A DNA stretch of 39,782 nt, from positions 12,192,626 through 12,232,407 of the forward strand of contig NC_068995.1 of assembly GCF_001194135.2 (NCBI RefSeq), given 5' to 3'. The stretch is from Octopus bimaculoides (lineage: Eukaryota). Position 1 is the first letter of the stretch, and every line of letters starts with the position of its first letter. The notes under the pieces were generated by a model that was given only the letters and a program-made list of their open reading frames with translations, was not told where the DNA came from and did not search any database. This document shows, in pieces, positions 26,776-37,827 of the stretch. The translations under genes were made by a program, and so were the position numbers.

Positions 26776-27447
26776 GAAGTATCTATACTGTTCTGAGTAA
26801 GCACTTGCCCAGCAGGCCTGTCTTCAAAGACATACCGTATTTATGACCATCATTAAATATATGATGTAAATTGTGATTGAAATACCCGAAACATTTACCG
26901 TTGTAAGCTTAAAAACTTTACTTTCGGCTCATCAGATATCATTAAATGTTATAAAGGAAAAGTTCAAAAAGAAATCCAACAATATCGATAGGTTGCTCAG
27001 AATGACTGAATAGTTGAAGCATGAGGGGTCCTCGCCAATGGCTTCCAATAGTTAAAGATGGGCGCCGGTATGATTATCATAATAAAAGGAATAAGTCCAG
27101 AACGTAGACATTAGAGTGTATTCCTTTTCTTTATACACACACACAAATACACAAACTACGCATATATATATGTATGTATGTATATGTATATAATTAAATT
27201 TATGCGTGTATGTGTATCTATGTGTGCCTGTGTGTTTGTCTTTTGTGAAACCACGTGACTATTGCATGTGGAAGATGCCTACTCCGAGCTAAGTCACGGG
27301 TTTTTTTCTTCTTCCATTCAAAATTAGGATTTACCAAACCGCAAAGCTGCTTAATGTTATTTATATTAGACATCATTGGCGATAATATACCTTATCGTGT
27401 GAGTGAATGCGTGAGCATATACGGCTATAAATAAATAATTAAATAAA

Positions 27448-27495
<48 letters not shown>

Positions 27496-28990
27496 TGTAT
27501 ATATGCATATATATATGTATGTATCCATGTGTATATATTTATATATGTCTGTATGTATACACTCATACTCCCACGCACATGCATATGCTCACACTCACAT
27601 ATACACACACATCTACAAACACTCTTACTTAATCATTTTATGAGCTATTTGTTCTTGTGCATGTCCCAGTTTTTACATAGATTTTCGATTTTTGCTTACG
27701 TCTGCTTTTCTGGATAGCCTTTACTACGTGTTTCTCTGTTTCGTTGCAAAACTGTTTTGTTATTATTTTCTTCTACAATAATAATATCGGATCGTTGTCC
27801 GTTTAGCAAATAAACTTTACCAGGCTTTTGCAAACATCCAACGAGATTTGTCCAAATTCATGCGCTCTCATAATACCATCTATTCAATATGAATAAGATC
27901 GATCGGCCTCGCTTGAAAACCACTTTCTTTCTATTCACTTCAAATAGTGCCTTTGACTATTTGCACTGAATACTTCATCTTACTTTACGAGCTTCCCCGT
28001 TTAATATNNNNNNNNNNNNNNNNNNNNNNNNNNNNNNNNNNNNNNNNNNNNNNNNNNNNNNNNNNNNNNNNNNNNNNNNNNNNNNNNNNNNNNNNNNNNN
28101 NNNNNNNNNNNNNNNNNNNNNNNNNNNNNNNNNNNNNNNNNNNNNNNNNNNNNNNNNNNNNNNNNNNNNNNNNNNNNNNNNNNNNNNNNNNNNNNNNNNN
28201 NNNNNNNNNNNNNNNNNNNNNNNNNNNNNNNNNNNNNNNNNNNNNNNNNNNNNNNNNNNNNNNNNNNNNNNNNNNNNNNNNNNNNNNNNNNNNNNNNNNN
28301 NNNNNNNNNNNNNNNNNNNNNNNNNNNNNNNNNNNNNNNNNNNNNNNNNNNNNNNNNNNNNNNNNNNNNNNNNNNNNNNNNNNNNNNNNNNNNNNNNNNN
28401 NNNNNNNNNNNNNNNNNNNNNNNNNNNNNNNNNNNNNNNNNNNNNNNNNNNNNNNNNNNNNNNNNNNNNNNNNNNNNNNNNNNNNNNNNNNNNNNNNNNN
28501 NNNNNNNNNNNNNNNNNNNNNNNNNNNNNNNNNNNNNNNNNNNNNNNNNNNNNNNNNNNNNNNNNNNNNNNNNNNNNNNNNNNNNNNNNNNNNNNNNNNN
28601 NNNNNNNNNNNNNNNNNNNNNNNNNNNNNNNNNNNNNNNNNNNNNNNNNNNNNNNNNNNNNNNNNNNNNNNNNNNNNNNNNNNNNNNNNNNNNNNNNNNN
28701 NNNNNNNNNNNNNNNNNNNNNNNNNNNNNNNNNNNNNNNNNNNNNNNNNNNNNNNNNNNNNNNNNNNNNNNNNNNNNNNNNNNNNNNNNNNNNNNNNNNN
28801 NNNNNNNNNNNNNNNNNNNNNNNNNNNNNNNNNNNNNNNNNNNNNNNNNNNNNNNNNNNNNNNNNNNNNNNNNNNNNNNNNNNNNNNNNNNNNNNNNNNN
28901 NNNNNNNNNNNNNNNNNNNNNNNNNNNNNNNNNNNNNNNNNNNNNNNNNNNNNNNNNNNNNNTATGTAATGTTTTCTTTTCCTCGCTTAC

Positions 28991-29094
28991 CTTGAGCAGA
29001 AGAAAACCACTTGACAGGCAAGTGAAGAATTACTATTGAATTCTCAAATAGTAATATCTTTGCCAATTCCAGTTTTCCTCTCGGTCGCCATCTT
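28991..29094 (-). other. Candidate first exon with AAGATGGCG motif and strong donor
   Basis: Minus strand AAGATGGCG at 29094-29086 (YY1-like, common near TSS or start codons); CAAG|gtaagc donor at 28990. Confidence 0.25.
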
Positions 29095-30173
29095 TCCTTT
29101 CATTTTCTTTCTTTTTTTTTTTAAATTTTACATTCGGAAGGAAAATTATTTCATTGAATATAAATGATGACTTGATTTCGAAACCAAACTTGTTTGAAAT
29201 ATCATCATTTAGCGGGATCTTTAGAAGGAAGAGGATGAAAGGAATTTCTGCCTTGTGTTACCTCTCTTTACGTGACTTTGTGCTCTGCGTTCGATACCTC
29301 GCAATGTCTGGAAGCATGAACGTAGAAGTTTAAGCTAATAACTGACAAGCAATTAGACTGTCGCATGTGGTAAAAACGTTTGCCTTTGTTTTCAAGTTTT
29401 ATATCCTGGTGTTCATAGCTGTAAACAAACCGCTGTTTGTGTTTGCATTCTTGCTTTCTGATAACGGATATGATCTAGTAAAATGGCAACACACATTACA
29501 TTTTGTCTGTCATCAGAAAGTAAGAGAGACAGGGAAGAGCACTAAGACGAAGAGTAATAGGGGTACTGCAGTGCATGAAGATAGCTTCTTGGCCCTAGGC
29601 TTTCGAACAGTTTCGAATGATTGCCACATACCACATTCCACTAAAGGTAACCAACATTTAGCTAGGTGTGTTAAACTAGTCTACGAATTAGATACCCTCT
29701 CCAGAAAACTACAAACACAAGCAAACACATATACATATGAAACCAATGGGTTTTTTTCTAAACTATTACGCGACACATACAAATATATATATACATACAT
29801 ATATATATATATATATATANNNNNNNNNNNNNNNNNNNNNNNNNNNNNNNNNNNNNNNNNNNNNNNNNNNNNNNNNNNNNNNNNNNNNNNNNNNNNNNNN
29901 NNNNNNNNNNNNNNNNNNNNNNNNNNNNNNNNNNNNNNNNNNNNNNNNNNNNNNNNNNNNNNNNNNNNNNNNNNNNNNNNNNNNNNNNNNNNNNCAAGAA
30001 ATAAGATTTGAAATATTTTAATACTGTATGAAGCACGCAATATATATATTGATTAAATAGATAGATAGATACGTAAAATATGGTAGTGAGGTTTTTTAGA
30101 AATTTTACTACTGGTGGCCTAGCATGTACAAAAAGTCAATAGATAACATATTCTCAATATAAAAAGGTGTACA

Positions 30174-30363
30174 TTTAAAACACAAGAGAAAACTACCTTC
30201 AACAGGCAGTTTTTCTACGCTAGAAGAAGTAGTCAAAACGACCAAAACCATATTTAAGAGCAATCTTCAAAAGGAATAAAAATGTGTTTTTTGTTGTTGT
30301 TTTTATACTTTTTCTAGCATGTAAAAACTGCCTTCCACAGGCAGTTTTCTCTTGTGTTTAAAA
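30174..30363. mobile_element. MITE-like inverted repeat, ~58 bp imperfect arms, each containing an internal hairpin
   Basis: Left arm 30174-30231 TTTAAAACACAAGAGAAAACTACCTTCAACAGGCAGTTTTTCTACGCTAGAAGAAGTA; reverse complement of right arm 30306-30363 TTTTAAACACAAGAGAAAACTGCCTGTGGAAGGCAGTTTTTACATGCTAGAAAAAGTA. Confidence 0.7.
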
Positions 30364-30409
30364 GTATCAAGTAGAAGATACTTGGTCAAAAAAATTTTAT
30401 GCAGATGGA

Positions 30410-30457
30410 CTGGACCATTCAGTTGAGAAGCAAACTTCTTACCACATAGCTACGCCA
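30410..30457 (-). mobile_element. Possible short tRNA-like head of another SINE family
   Basis: Minus strand GGCGTAGCTATGTGGTAAGAAGTTTGCTTCTCAAC has an A-box-like start and resembles an octopus SINE head from memory. No B-box or body follows. Confidence 0.3.
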
Positions 30458-30999
30458 GCAGCCAGTTGCCTATGGTTACATCTCATTACCGTTTTCTTCC
30501 CCCATAGTCTCGTTACTTTACGAGACTTTTAATAAAAGAAATATACCAGCAATATACTGCGTTTAGTTTTTCCCACGTCTATTACAACGTTAACCTTTTA
30601 TATTACACGGTTTTGTCTGGAAGTTAAAAAAAAAAAGAAAGCGCAGCATAGAAATGATTTCCATTGTCATCAGTCGTACAAGTTTGATTGATTATTCATA
30701 TCGGCTCTAAATATTTCTATATTTCAGCTATATTTCTGATTGTTGTTCTTGTTGTTCTCGCCGCAGAAATATTTAGTTATATTTTTGCTCTTTGTTGTTC
30801 TTGCCGGAGAAATATTTCAACATTTCGTTATTGTTTTCTCTCCTCAGCTATCTTTTACACCTGCTTTAATTGTTTTCTTCGACGAAGGAGTGTCTTCAGC
30901 TTAATATGAATGCAATTCAACTCCATTTCTACAGCTTCGTCATTAAATAAGAACTCGGGCAATTAGACAAATTGATTAGAGGGTGCGGTCTTATTTAAT

Positions 31000-31550
31000 G
31001 ACAGCGACGACGACGATGATGAAGATGACGATGACGACGATGATGATGATGATGACGATGACGATGATGATGACGATGATGACGACGATGATGATGATCC
31101 TGCTGTTGATGATGATGTTGATGTCGTGGTGGTGGTGGTGTTGGTGGGATGGGTGACGATGATGATGATGATGATGCTTGATGCTACAACAGAACATGCT
31201 ACATGCTCAAATTACCCTTACGAAAATTGGATATTTTTCTGTTTTTTTTTTCTTTTCCTCTTTCTTTTTTTTATTTTTTATTCAATCACAATTTTCAGTG
31301 AAATTAAGAAAAACTAGATTTTTGAAAAACATGTTTTAAAGATCACGGTGAATGAACGACACAACTATTATGACATAAATGATACAACTCTAGAAAAGCA
31401 ACGACGACGACGAAGATGACGATGATGATGATGATGATGAGGAGGAGGATGATGAGGATGATGATGATGATGATGATGGTGATGATGACGACGATGATGA
31501 TGGTGGCGATGGTGATGATGGTGGCGATGATGATGACGATGATGATAATT
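31000..31550. repeat. Two (GAT/GAC/GGT)n trinucleotide clusters (about 31003-31190 and 31400-31550)
   Basis: Direct reading. Confidence 0.9.
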
Positions 31551-32032
31551 CTTATCCATGATAATTGACCAATTACTTAACTATGAAGATAGCGATTACT
31601 TAATTATAATTTGCTGATAGTTTAATTATACACTTTTATTCTATTACATATCTAGAAATCATTACTCTGAGAAGTCAACAAAACCATGTTTTTTTATAAT
31701 CCAAAACAAAATGTCTTTAAACCTACCTCAGCCATAAAAAAAATTCACCTACGATTAATAGCATTTGTTTTGGCTGTCCTCCCTTAGCCATCCATCCTAT
31801 TAACGCAGTCTGTCTCAGTCTACATCGCATAATATACCTTTACTTTCGTTACTCTAACCAGGTTGTATCCCGCGGTACACATAGGTACGAATTGTTTCTA
31901 AAAATTCATAGACTACATGACTAAAAAATTGTGGATGGGAACCAATCAGTTTTGTTGTTTCTAGCACTTACCTATTACTTAGTTCATATGTTAAATTATT
32001 TAACTAATTGTTATTTCATCATAATAACACAA

Positions 32033-32660
32033 CTGAGCGCCCGTTCAGAGAATACGACTCAGTTGAACCGTAAAGACATGACTCAATGATGGTAGTAATG
32101 ATACATCTCAATGATGAATGCAATGAAGAGCTTCGTGATGGTTATAGTAACAATATTTAGCGATGGCAGAAACGTTAGCGCGCAGGGCCAAATGCTTACG
32201 GTATTTCGTCTGCAATTACGTTCTGAGTTCAAATTCCGCTGAGGTCGACTTTGCCTTTCATCCTTTCGGGGTCGATAAATTAAGTACCACTTACGCACTG
32301 GGGTCGATGTAATCGACTTAATCCATTTGTCTGTCCCTGTTTGTCCCCTCTGTGTTTAGCCCCTTGTGGGCAATAAAGAAATAAGTAACAATATTTAGCG
32401 ATGGCTATAATGACACCGGTCAGCAGTGTTCGTAAAGACAGAACTCAGTGGTACATAATGACACAGGTCAGTAGTAATTGTAAAGAACAAACCCCAGCGG
32501 TGGCTGCCGTAACGTTACTCTGTGTTGGTTGTAAAGGCAAAGCTCCAATGGGCACAGCTCAGCGATGCTCTTAACGATGCATTTCAGCCGTCGTTATAAC
32601 GATACAGATCAGTGGTGGTTCGCAAATCATAGCTGATAGGGCATTGCAATGACGTACCTA
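32033..32660. repeat. Degenerate ~25 bp minisatellite interrupted by SINE copy C
   Basis: Units such as CAGTTGAACCGTAAAGACATGACT, CAGCAGTGTTCGTAAAGACAGAACT, CAGTAGTAATTGTAAAGAACAAACCC, CAGCCGTCGTTATAACGATACAGAT lie on both sides of the SINE. Confidence 0.6.
32164..32385 (+). mobile_element. tRNA-derived SINE, copy C (tail type 2) with 22 bp target-site duplication
   Basis: A-box-like TGGCAGAAACG, B-box-like GAGTTCAAATTCC. TSD AGTAACAATATTTAGCGATGGC at 32146-32167 and 32384-32405. Confidence 0.9.
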
Positions 32661-32689
32661 CTATACAGCTACTATACACTGAGAATCCA

Positions 32690-32898
32690 TGCTTGCGCAC
32701 GGCGGCGGTCGTCGATATGCCGTGTGCGAAACGCCGTGGGCGCAATATCGACCGCGTGTGCGTGTCCGTGTGTTATGCGCGAGACAAATCGTCGTCGTCA
32801 TTCTGCAAAGCCGTCTTCTGCTGCTTAAGGAAGGAAGGATTTAGAAGAAGACGGCAGCCGTCCATGCGCGCGGTCGACGTCAAGTCGTGAAACAAAGG
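32690..32898. other. CpG/GC-rich island with several self-complementary segments
   Basis: Sharp GC and CpG rise over AT-rich background; stems given in findings; truncated by a gap at 32899. Confidence 0.7.
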
Positions 32899-34427
32899 NN
32901 NNNNNNNNNNNNNNNNNNNNNNNNNNNNNNNNNNNNNNNNNNNNNNNNNNNNNNNNNNNNNNNNNNNNNNNNNNNNNNNNNNNNNNNNNNNNNNNNNNNN
33001 NNNNNNNNNNNNNNNNNNNNNNNNNNNNNNNNNNNNNNNNNNNNNNNNNNNNNNNNNNNNNNNNNNNNNNNNNNNNNNNNNNNNNNNNNNNNNNNNNNNN
33101 NNNNNNNNNNNNNNNNNNNNNNNNNNNNNNNNNNNNNNNNNNNNNNNNNNNNNNNNNNNNNNNNNNNNNNNNNNNNNNNNNNNNNNNNNNNNNNNNNNNN
33201 NNNNNNNNNNNNNNNNNNNNNNNNNNNNNNNATAATATCGCAAGACATTTTGTGAATCAAACTACAGGAGGTAGCCACCGATTCGTAAAACGACATTGTA
33301 AATCTGTGCCGCTTTACAAAAATGGACACTTTGAACAATATATTTGTAAAGAAAACATACAGGATGTTAACGGCTCCAATGACTTTGGTTATTGGTTTGA
33401 TCTGACAGCGGTAGCCGATGGTTAAATAAAATCAAAAGTGAAAGAAACCATACGTGGTTGTTATATATTTTAGCAACACTATTCAAATCTCCCTTACATC
33501 TTAAAGAAAAAAAAACACGTTCGATAATGTTTGTCCCAGATAGACTGTATGTGAAAGAGAATAGATGGAATGCTTATGGTTCAAACGTCTTTAAGAATCA
33601 GATCCGCCTGAAAGATAAACAGCAATAAGAAATCTAGATATAACGATGGTTTAATTAAGGATGTAATGATGTAACTATGGTTATAGACTTTGGTGTCTCG
33701 TTAAAATGTTTCTTTGCAACCTTATGTAATCAGTTTAGATTCCACTGCTGAGCGAGTCCACTACGAAACGAAAATAGTCGTGAACTCCCGCCTACATTTA
33801 TTTTTTTTTCTCTCTCTTTGCATATATATGTATCCGAGTTTACATCGGTGAAAAACAAAAGCAAAAATCGAATGCTGTAAAGTAAAAATACTTATCGTGA
33901 TATCTCTTGTACCCGAGTTTCGCAGACATTCCATTTTCACCCAAGCTATTACAAATGCAGAGAAGAAAATATGATGTGTCCGGTAGAAACGCGTAGACTA
34001 CGTAACTATTGATAACCAAATGCGGTATTTATAAAAAAAAAATATGAAAACGAACTCAAATTACTCTGGAGATATGAAATTTAGTAGACATATCTGAAAA
34101 GATAGAATGATTTGGCTACCGTACTCCTGTATCAGAATACATCATTTCTCTGTCTAACCTCTGTTGTTTTGCTTTTTTCTTCTCTGTATTTGATCTCCGG
34201 GACTTATAACTAAAATTATAGCAAACATTATAATTGTTTAGTAAACAGATGTCAGTTTGCTAAAATTCAAAGATATTTATCTAGTCTTTAAAATGTCTGT
34301 CCCTCTGAAAATATATCAATATGCAAATGAAAGATATTTTACTGTCGGCTTCATATTCCATACCATAAAAACCTCATTATACATGTATGCGTGTAATGTG
34401 TATATGCATATATATATGTATGTATTC

Positions 34428-34466
<39 letters not shown>

Positions 34467-34857
34467 CATATATATGCATACATCTATATATATGTATGCA
34501 TATGTATATGTATACATGCATACATCTATATATATATATACAGTTGCAATTTATGGTTCTTATTTTTAAAGAACGTGTAGACCAATTATGATATTATAAC
34601 CGACATCTGACCATAAATACAAGAGACAATGGGTGAAAGGAGCGGTAGTAAACATCGAATTTAATAAGACAGCAGCCATCATCGAATATTTCAAAAGACC
34701 ATTTTTGTAGCATCTCAGCATAATCATTTCCCTTCAAGTATTTCACTGAGAAAACAAACCATATGCTACCTGAGTGATGACGTGAGAAGACGCTTCATGA
34801 CAAAAGCAGCTCAATATATCGTTTGTCATGGGAAAGACGCAAAACTCATAACAAAAT

Positions 34858-35056
34858 TCCTTTCTACTCTTGGCACAAAGCCCGAAGTTTTGGGGTAGGG
34901 GGGGAGTCGATTAGATCGATGCCAGTACGCAACTGGTACTTAATTTACTGACTCCGAAAGATTGAAAGGCAAAGTCGACCTCGGCGGAATTTGAACTCAG
35001 AACGTAAAGACAGACGAAAAACCGCTAAGCATTTTGACCGGCGTGCTAATGTTTCT
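34858..35056 (-). mobile_element. tRNA-derived SINE, copy D (tail type 1)
   Basis: Tail TCCTTTCTACTCTTGGCACAAAGCCCGAAGTTTTGGGG matches the copy A tail; shared core follows. Confidence 0.85.
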
Positions 35057-35202
35057 TATTTCTTAATTGCCCACAAGGGGCTAAACATAGAGGGGACAAA
35101 CAAAGACAGACAAAGGGATTAAGTCGAATACATCGACCCCAGTGCGTAACTGGTACTTAATTTATCGACCCCGAAAGGATGAAAGGCAAAGTCGACCTCG
35201 GC
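35052..35202 (-). mobile_element. tRNA-derived SINE, copy E (tail type 2, 5'-truncated), abutting copy D
   Basis: Reverse complement matches copy C with about 8 mismatches over ~150 nt (manual alignment); TTTCT overlap at the D/E junction. Confidence 0.88.
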
Positions 35203-35367
35203 AACATTTTCGTCTTATGGCAAAATACGCACCTACTTCTCTAAAGTTATGAAGGTTACTCTGATGACTATGTATAAAATGCAAAATATTTTATTTATTT
35301 GTAGATTAGGTAAGCATAATTCGCCCCCTGTCTTTCAGTCTCAGTATTTAAACTACGCATAGAACTG

Positions 35368-35463
35368 CGGTCTATTTCTTCGACTAAAACTCTTGATAGC
35401 GGTGCTCCAGTATGGCCGCAGTCAAATTACTAAGGTATGTAAAAGAATAAAAGAATGAAAGAA
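35368..35463 (+). mobile_element. 3' tail of the second SINE-like family ending in (AAAAG/AAAG)-type repeats
   Basis: GGTCTATTTCTTCGACTAAAA..GCGGTGCTCCAGTATGGCCGCAGTCAAATTACT..GTAAAAGAATAAAAGAATGAAAGAA; homologous to 23423-23505 (minus). Confidence 0.6.
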
Positions 35464-35744
35464 TATATTTTCATTGATGATTTCGTTATATTTCTCGTTA
35501 TATTTCATAGCCACCTTCATCTTTAGTCACCTTTGCAAATTTTCATCTACAGCAGCCAACATCAATATATCTACATAATAACTGCACTTGCTAGTAATAA
35601 CAGTTAATCTCCCTCAAATCAAACCATATCGTCTCGTCTTAAAATTGTAAAAAACACAAAGTGGAATTGCCACGGATGGAAAGCATCTTCATTCATCGTA
35701 GATCTACAGAAATCAGAGTTGATCTAGTGCTAAACAACATCGAC

Positions 35745-35850
35745 AGCAAAAACTACGATAACATCAACAGCAACAACTACAACAACATCAACAACAGTAA
35801 TAACAGCAACAACAACGACGACGTCGCCGTCAACAGCAATAACAACAACA
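35745..35850. repeat. Imperfect (AAC)n repeat
   Basis: Direct reading; accounts for the Asn-rich ORF 35661-35885. Confidence 0.85.
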
Positions 35851-36386
35851 TCATTTGTCTTCCTCGACGGCATACTACACAGTAGGCCTTGAAAGATTCG
35901 ATAATGCATTGAAAGTTATAAAGCCCGCCCTACCTCAGCGCTCACCGCAAATTGGACTCGCCAGAAGCTTCCTATTCGTTCAACGGTGTACGGCACTTTT
36001 AGAGAAATCTGAAGATTTCAGTGTTGAAGTCTCTACATTGAGAAGCCATATATGTCGTTCCATTTAATAGATATTCATCCTGTAGTACATACCATTGAGT
36101 TTCGAGTTTCAAATGACTAAATGATATTTCTAGAAGACGACAAAGTTTTCCTCTTTATCTCCTGTCGCACTTCCACCACAAACAGCTATGTTGTTCAAGA
36201 AATGAACAATCTATACATACATATATACATGCACGCATACATTCATACATACATAAATACATACATATATACATACATATATATACACACATACATAGGT
36301 GCGTACGTACATATATTCGCTTGCATGTATCTCTACACATATATGTACGTATATACATGTGTGTGAATATATCTCATATATGTATG

Positions 36387-36447
<61 letters not shown>

Positions 36448-36571
36448 ATGTATGTATGTATGTATGTATTTATACACGCACACACAAATATATATACAAA
36501 GATAAAAAATGTATAGATGTATAGATTAATAGATACGTGGGCAGACATATATATACGCAAACGGATGGATG

Positions 36572-36572
36572 A

Positions 36573-36640
<68 letters not shown>
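36572..36640. repeat. (TAGA)n microsatellite
   Basis: Direct reading. Confidence 0.95.
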
Positions 36641-37796
36641 CAGAGGGAGAGAGAGTGACAGAGAGACGGAGAGAGAAATATAGTGAAGTTAGCTCGTGGG
36701 GAATTCGAGGAATGTTTATTTGATAAAGTTACCATATAAATAACATGACTTAATACTTCCAGAGTGATTTCCATTTCAACTTTCATCTATCAGACGCTTT
36801 CAGCAAGCAAATGTACAATGGCGGGATTGTGAGTAGCGTTTTGGCCGGAGACCGTGTATCTCATTAGTATGGATTAGAATGATTATGAAAGATAAATAAG
36901 AGAGTTTACCATAATCATATGAAGAAGCAAGTATTACAGATCATGTAAGAATCAAGGAAAAGTATGGATAATATGGATTAAATTTGATTACGATAATTTA
37001 ACTCTTTCATTATGAAATGTTATCTTTTCTATACATCTTCAGATATGTACAGAAGAAAGGAAAATACAGATTGTCTGGCCAGAATTTATTCGATCAATAG
37101 AATGAGAAATATTCATCTTTTTATTCCAAATCCTATAGGTCTTGGATCTACAGAATTTATATTCTTCAAGAATTTCTTAGGTGTTACTGAAACTATATAT
37201 ATATATATTCCAGGAAAACATAACTTTGTTGGTCGTTTTGGGCCATGGATTATTGCCTGAAAACAAATTTTATAGCTGCATCAATGTAAGCGGTGCATGA
37301 AATTATTGTGCCTCGCTGGTGGTTGAGATTTTCGGTGATGTTGTTTTCCCGACCTGTAAAGATTCACCTTATGGTCGAAAATAGCTTGAACAAATAAAGA
37401 AAACACAAAGAAATGATGGTTACACTGTTTTTTACAGCAACAAACAACTTTTGAATATATATACACATACATACATAGATACATACATACCTATATATAT
37501 ATATACATATATATATGTATATATATATATNNNNNNNNNNNNNNNNNNNNNNNNNNNNNNNNNNNNNNNNNNNNNNNNNNNNNNNNNNNNNNNNNNNNNN
37601 NNNNNNNNNNNNNNNNNNNNNNNNNNNNNNNNNNNNNNNNNNNNNNNNNNNNNNNNNNNNNNNNNNNNNNNNNNNNNNNNNNNNNNNTAAACAGGCATAT
37701 ATACACGTATATGTATATCTGTATATACACATACACTCACACACAGATACATACACACACACACACCAACACACACACACACACACATACACACAC

Positions 37797-37827
<31 letters not shown>

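Noticed and set aside
26334-26800. ORF resembling a secreted acidic (biomineral-type) protein: MVVVV..LVLVAAASAAQ..DDDEADD
   Set aside because: Built from (GGT)n and (GAC/GAT)n repeats, duplicated across a gap, with no splice or promoter support.
29367-29790. ~140-codon open frame before the gap
   Set aside because: No ATG at the start, no recognisable motif, low-complexity start and runs into (TA)n; consistent with chance.
31368-31559. Poly-His ORF on the minus strand
   Set aside because: Reverse reading of the (GAT)n repeat.
32164-32245. tRNA gene
   Set aside because: A- and B-box-like motifs belong to a multi-copy SINE with TSD and tail; no complete cloverleaf.
32033-32660. Short regularly spaced repeats as a CRISPR array
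   Set aside because: Units are contiguous and degenerate with no unique spacers, there are no cas genes, and the context is eukaryotic.
33748-33786. Hammerhead-like CTGAGCGAGTCCACTACGAAACG..TCGTG
   Set aside because: Core is not CUGANGA, stem II does not pair, the cleavage-site base would be G, and stem I is absent.
35661-36067. Asn-rich ORF and adjacent 70 aa ORF
   Set aside because: The first is an (AAC)n repeat; the second has no convincing splice signals or homology I can recognise.
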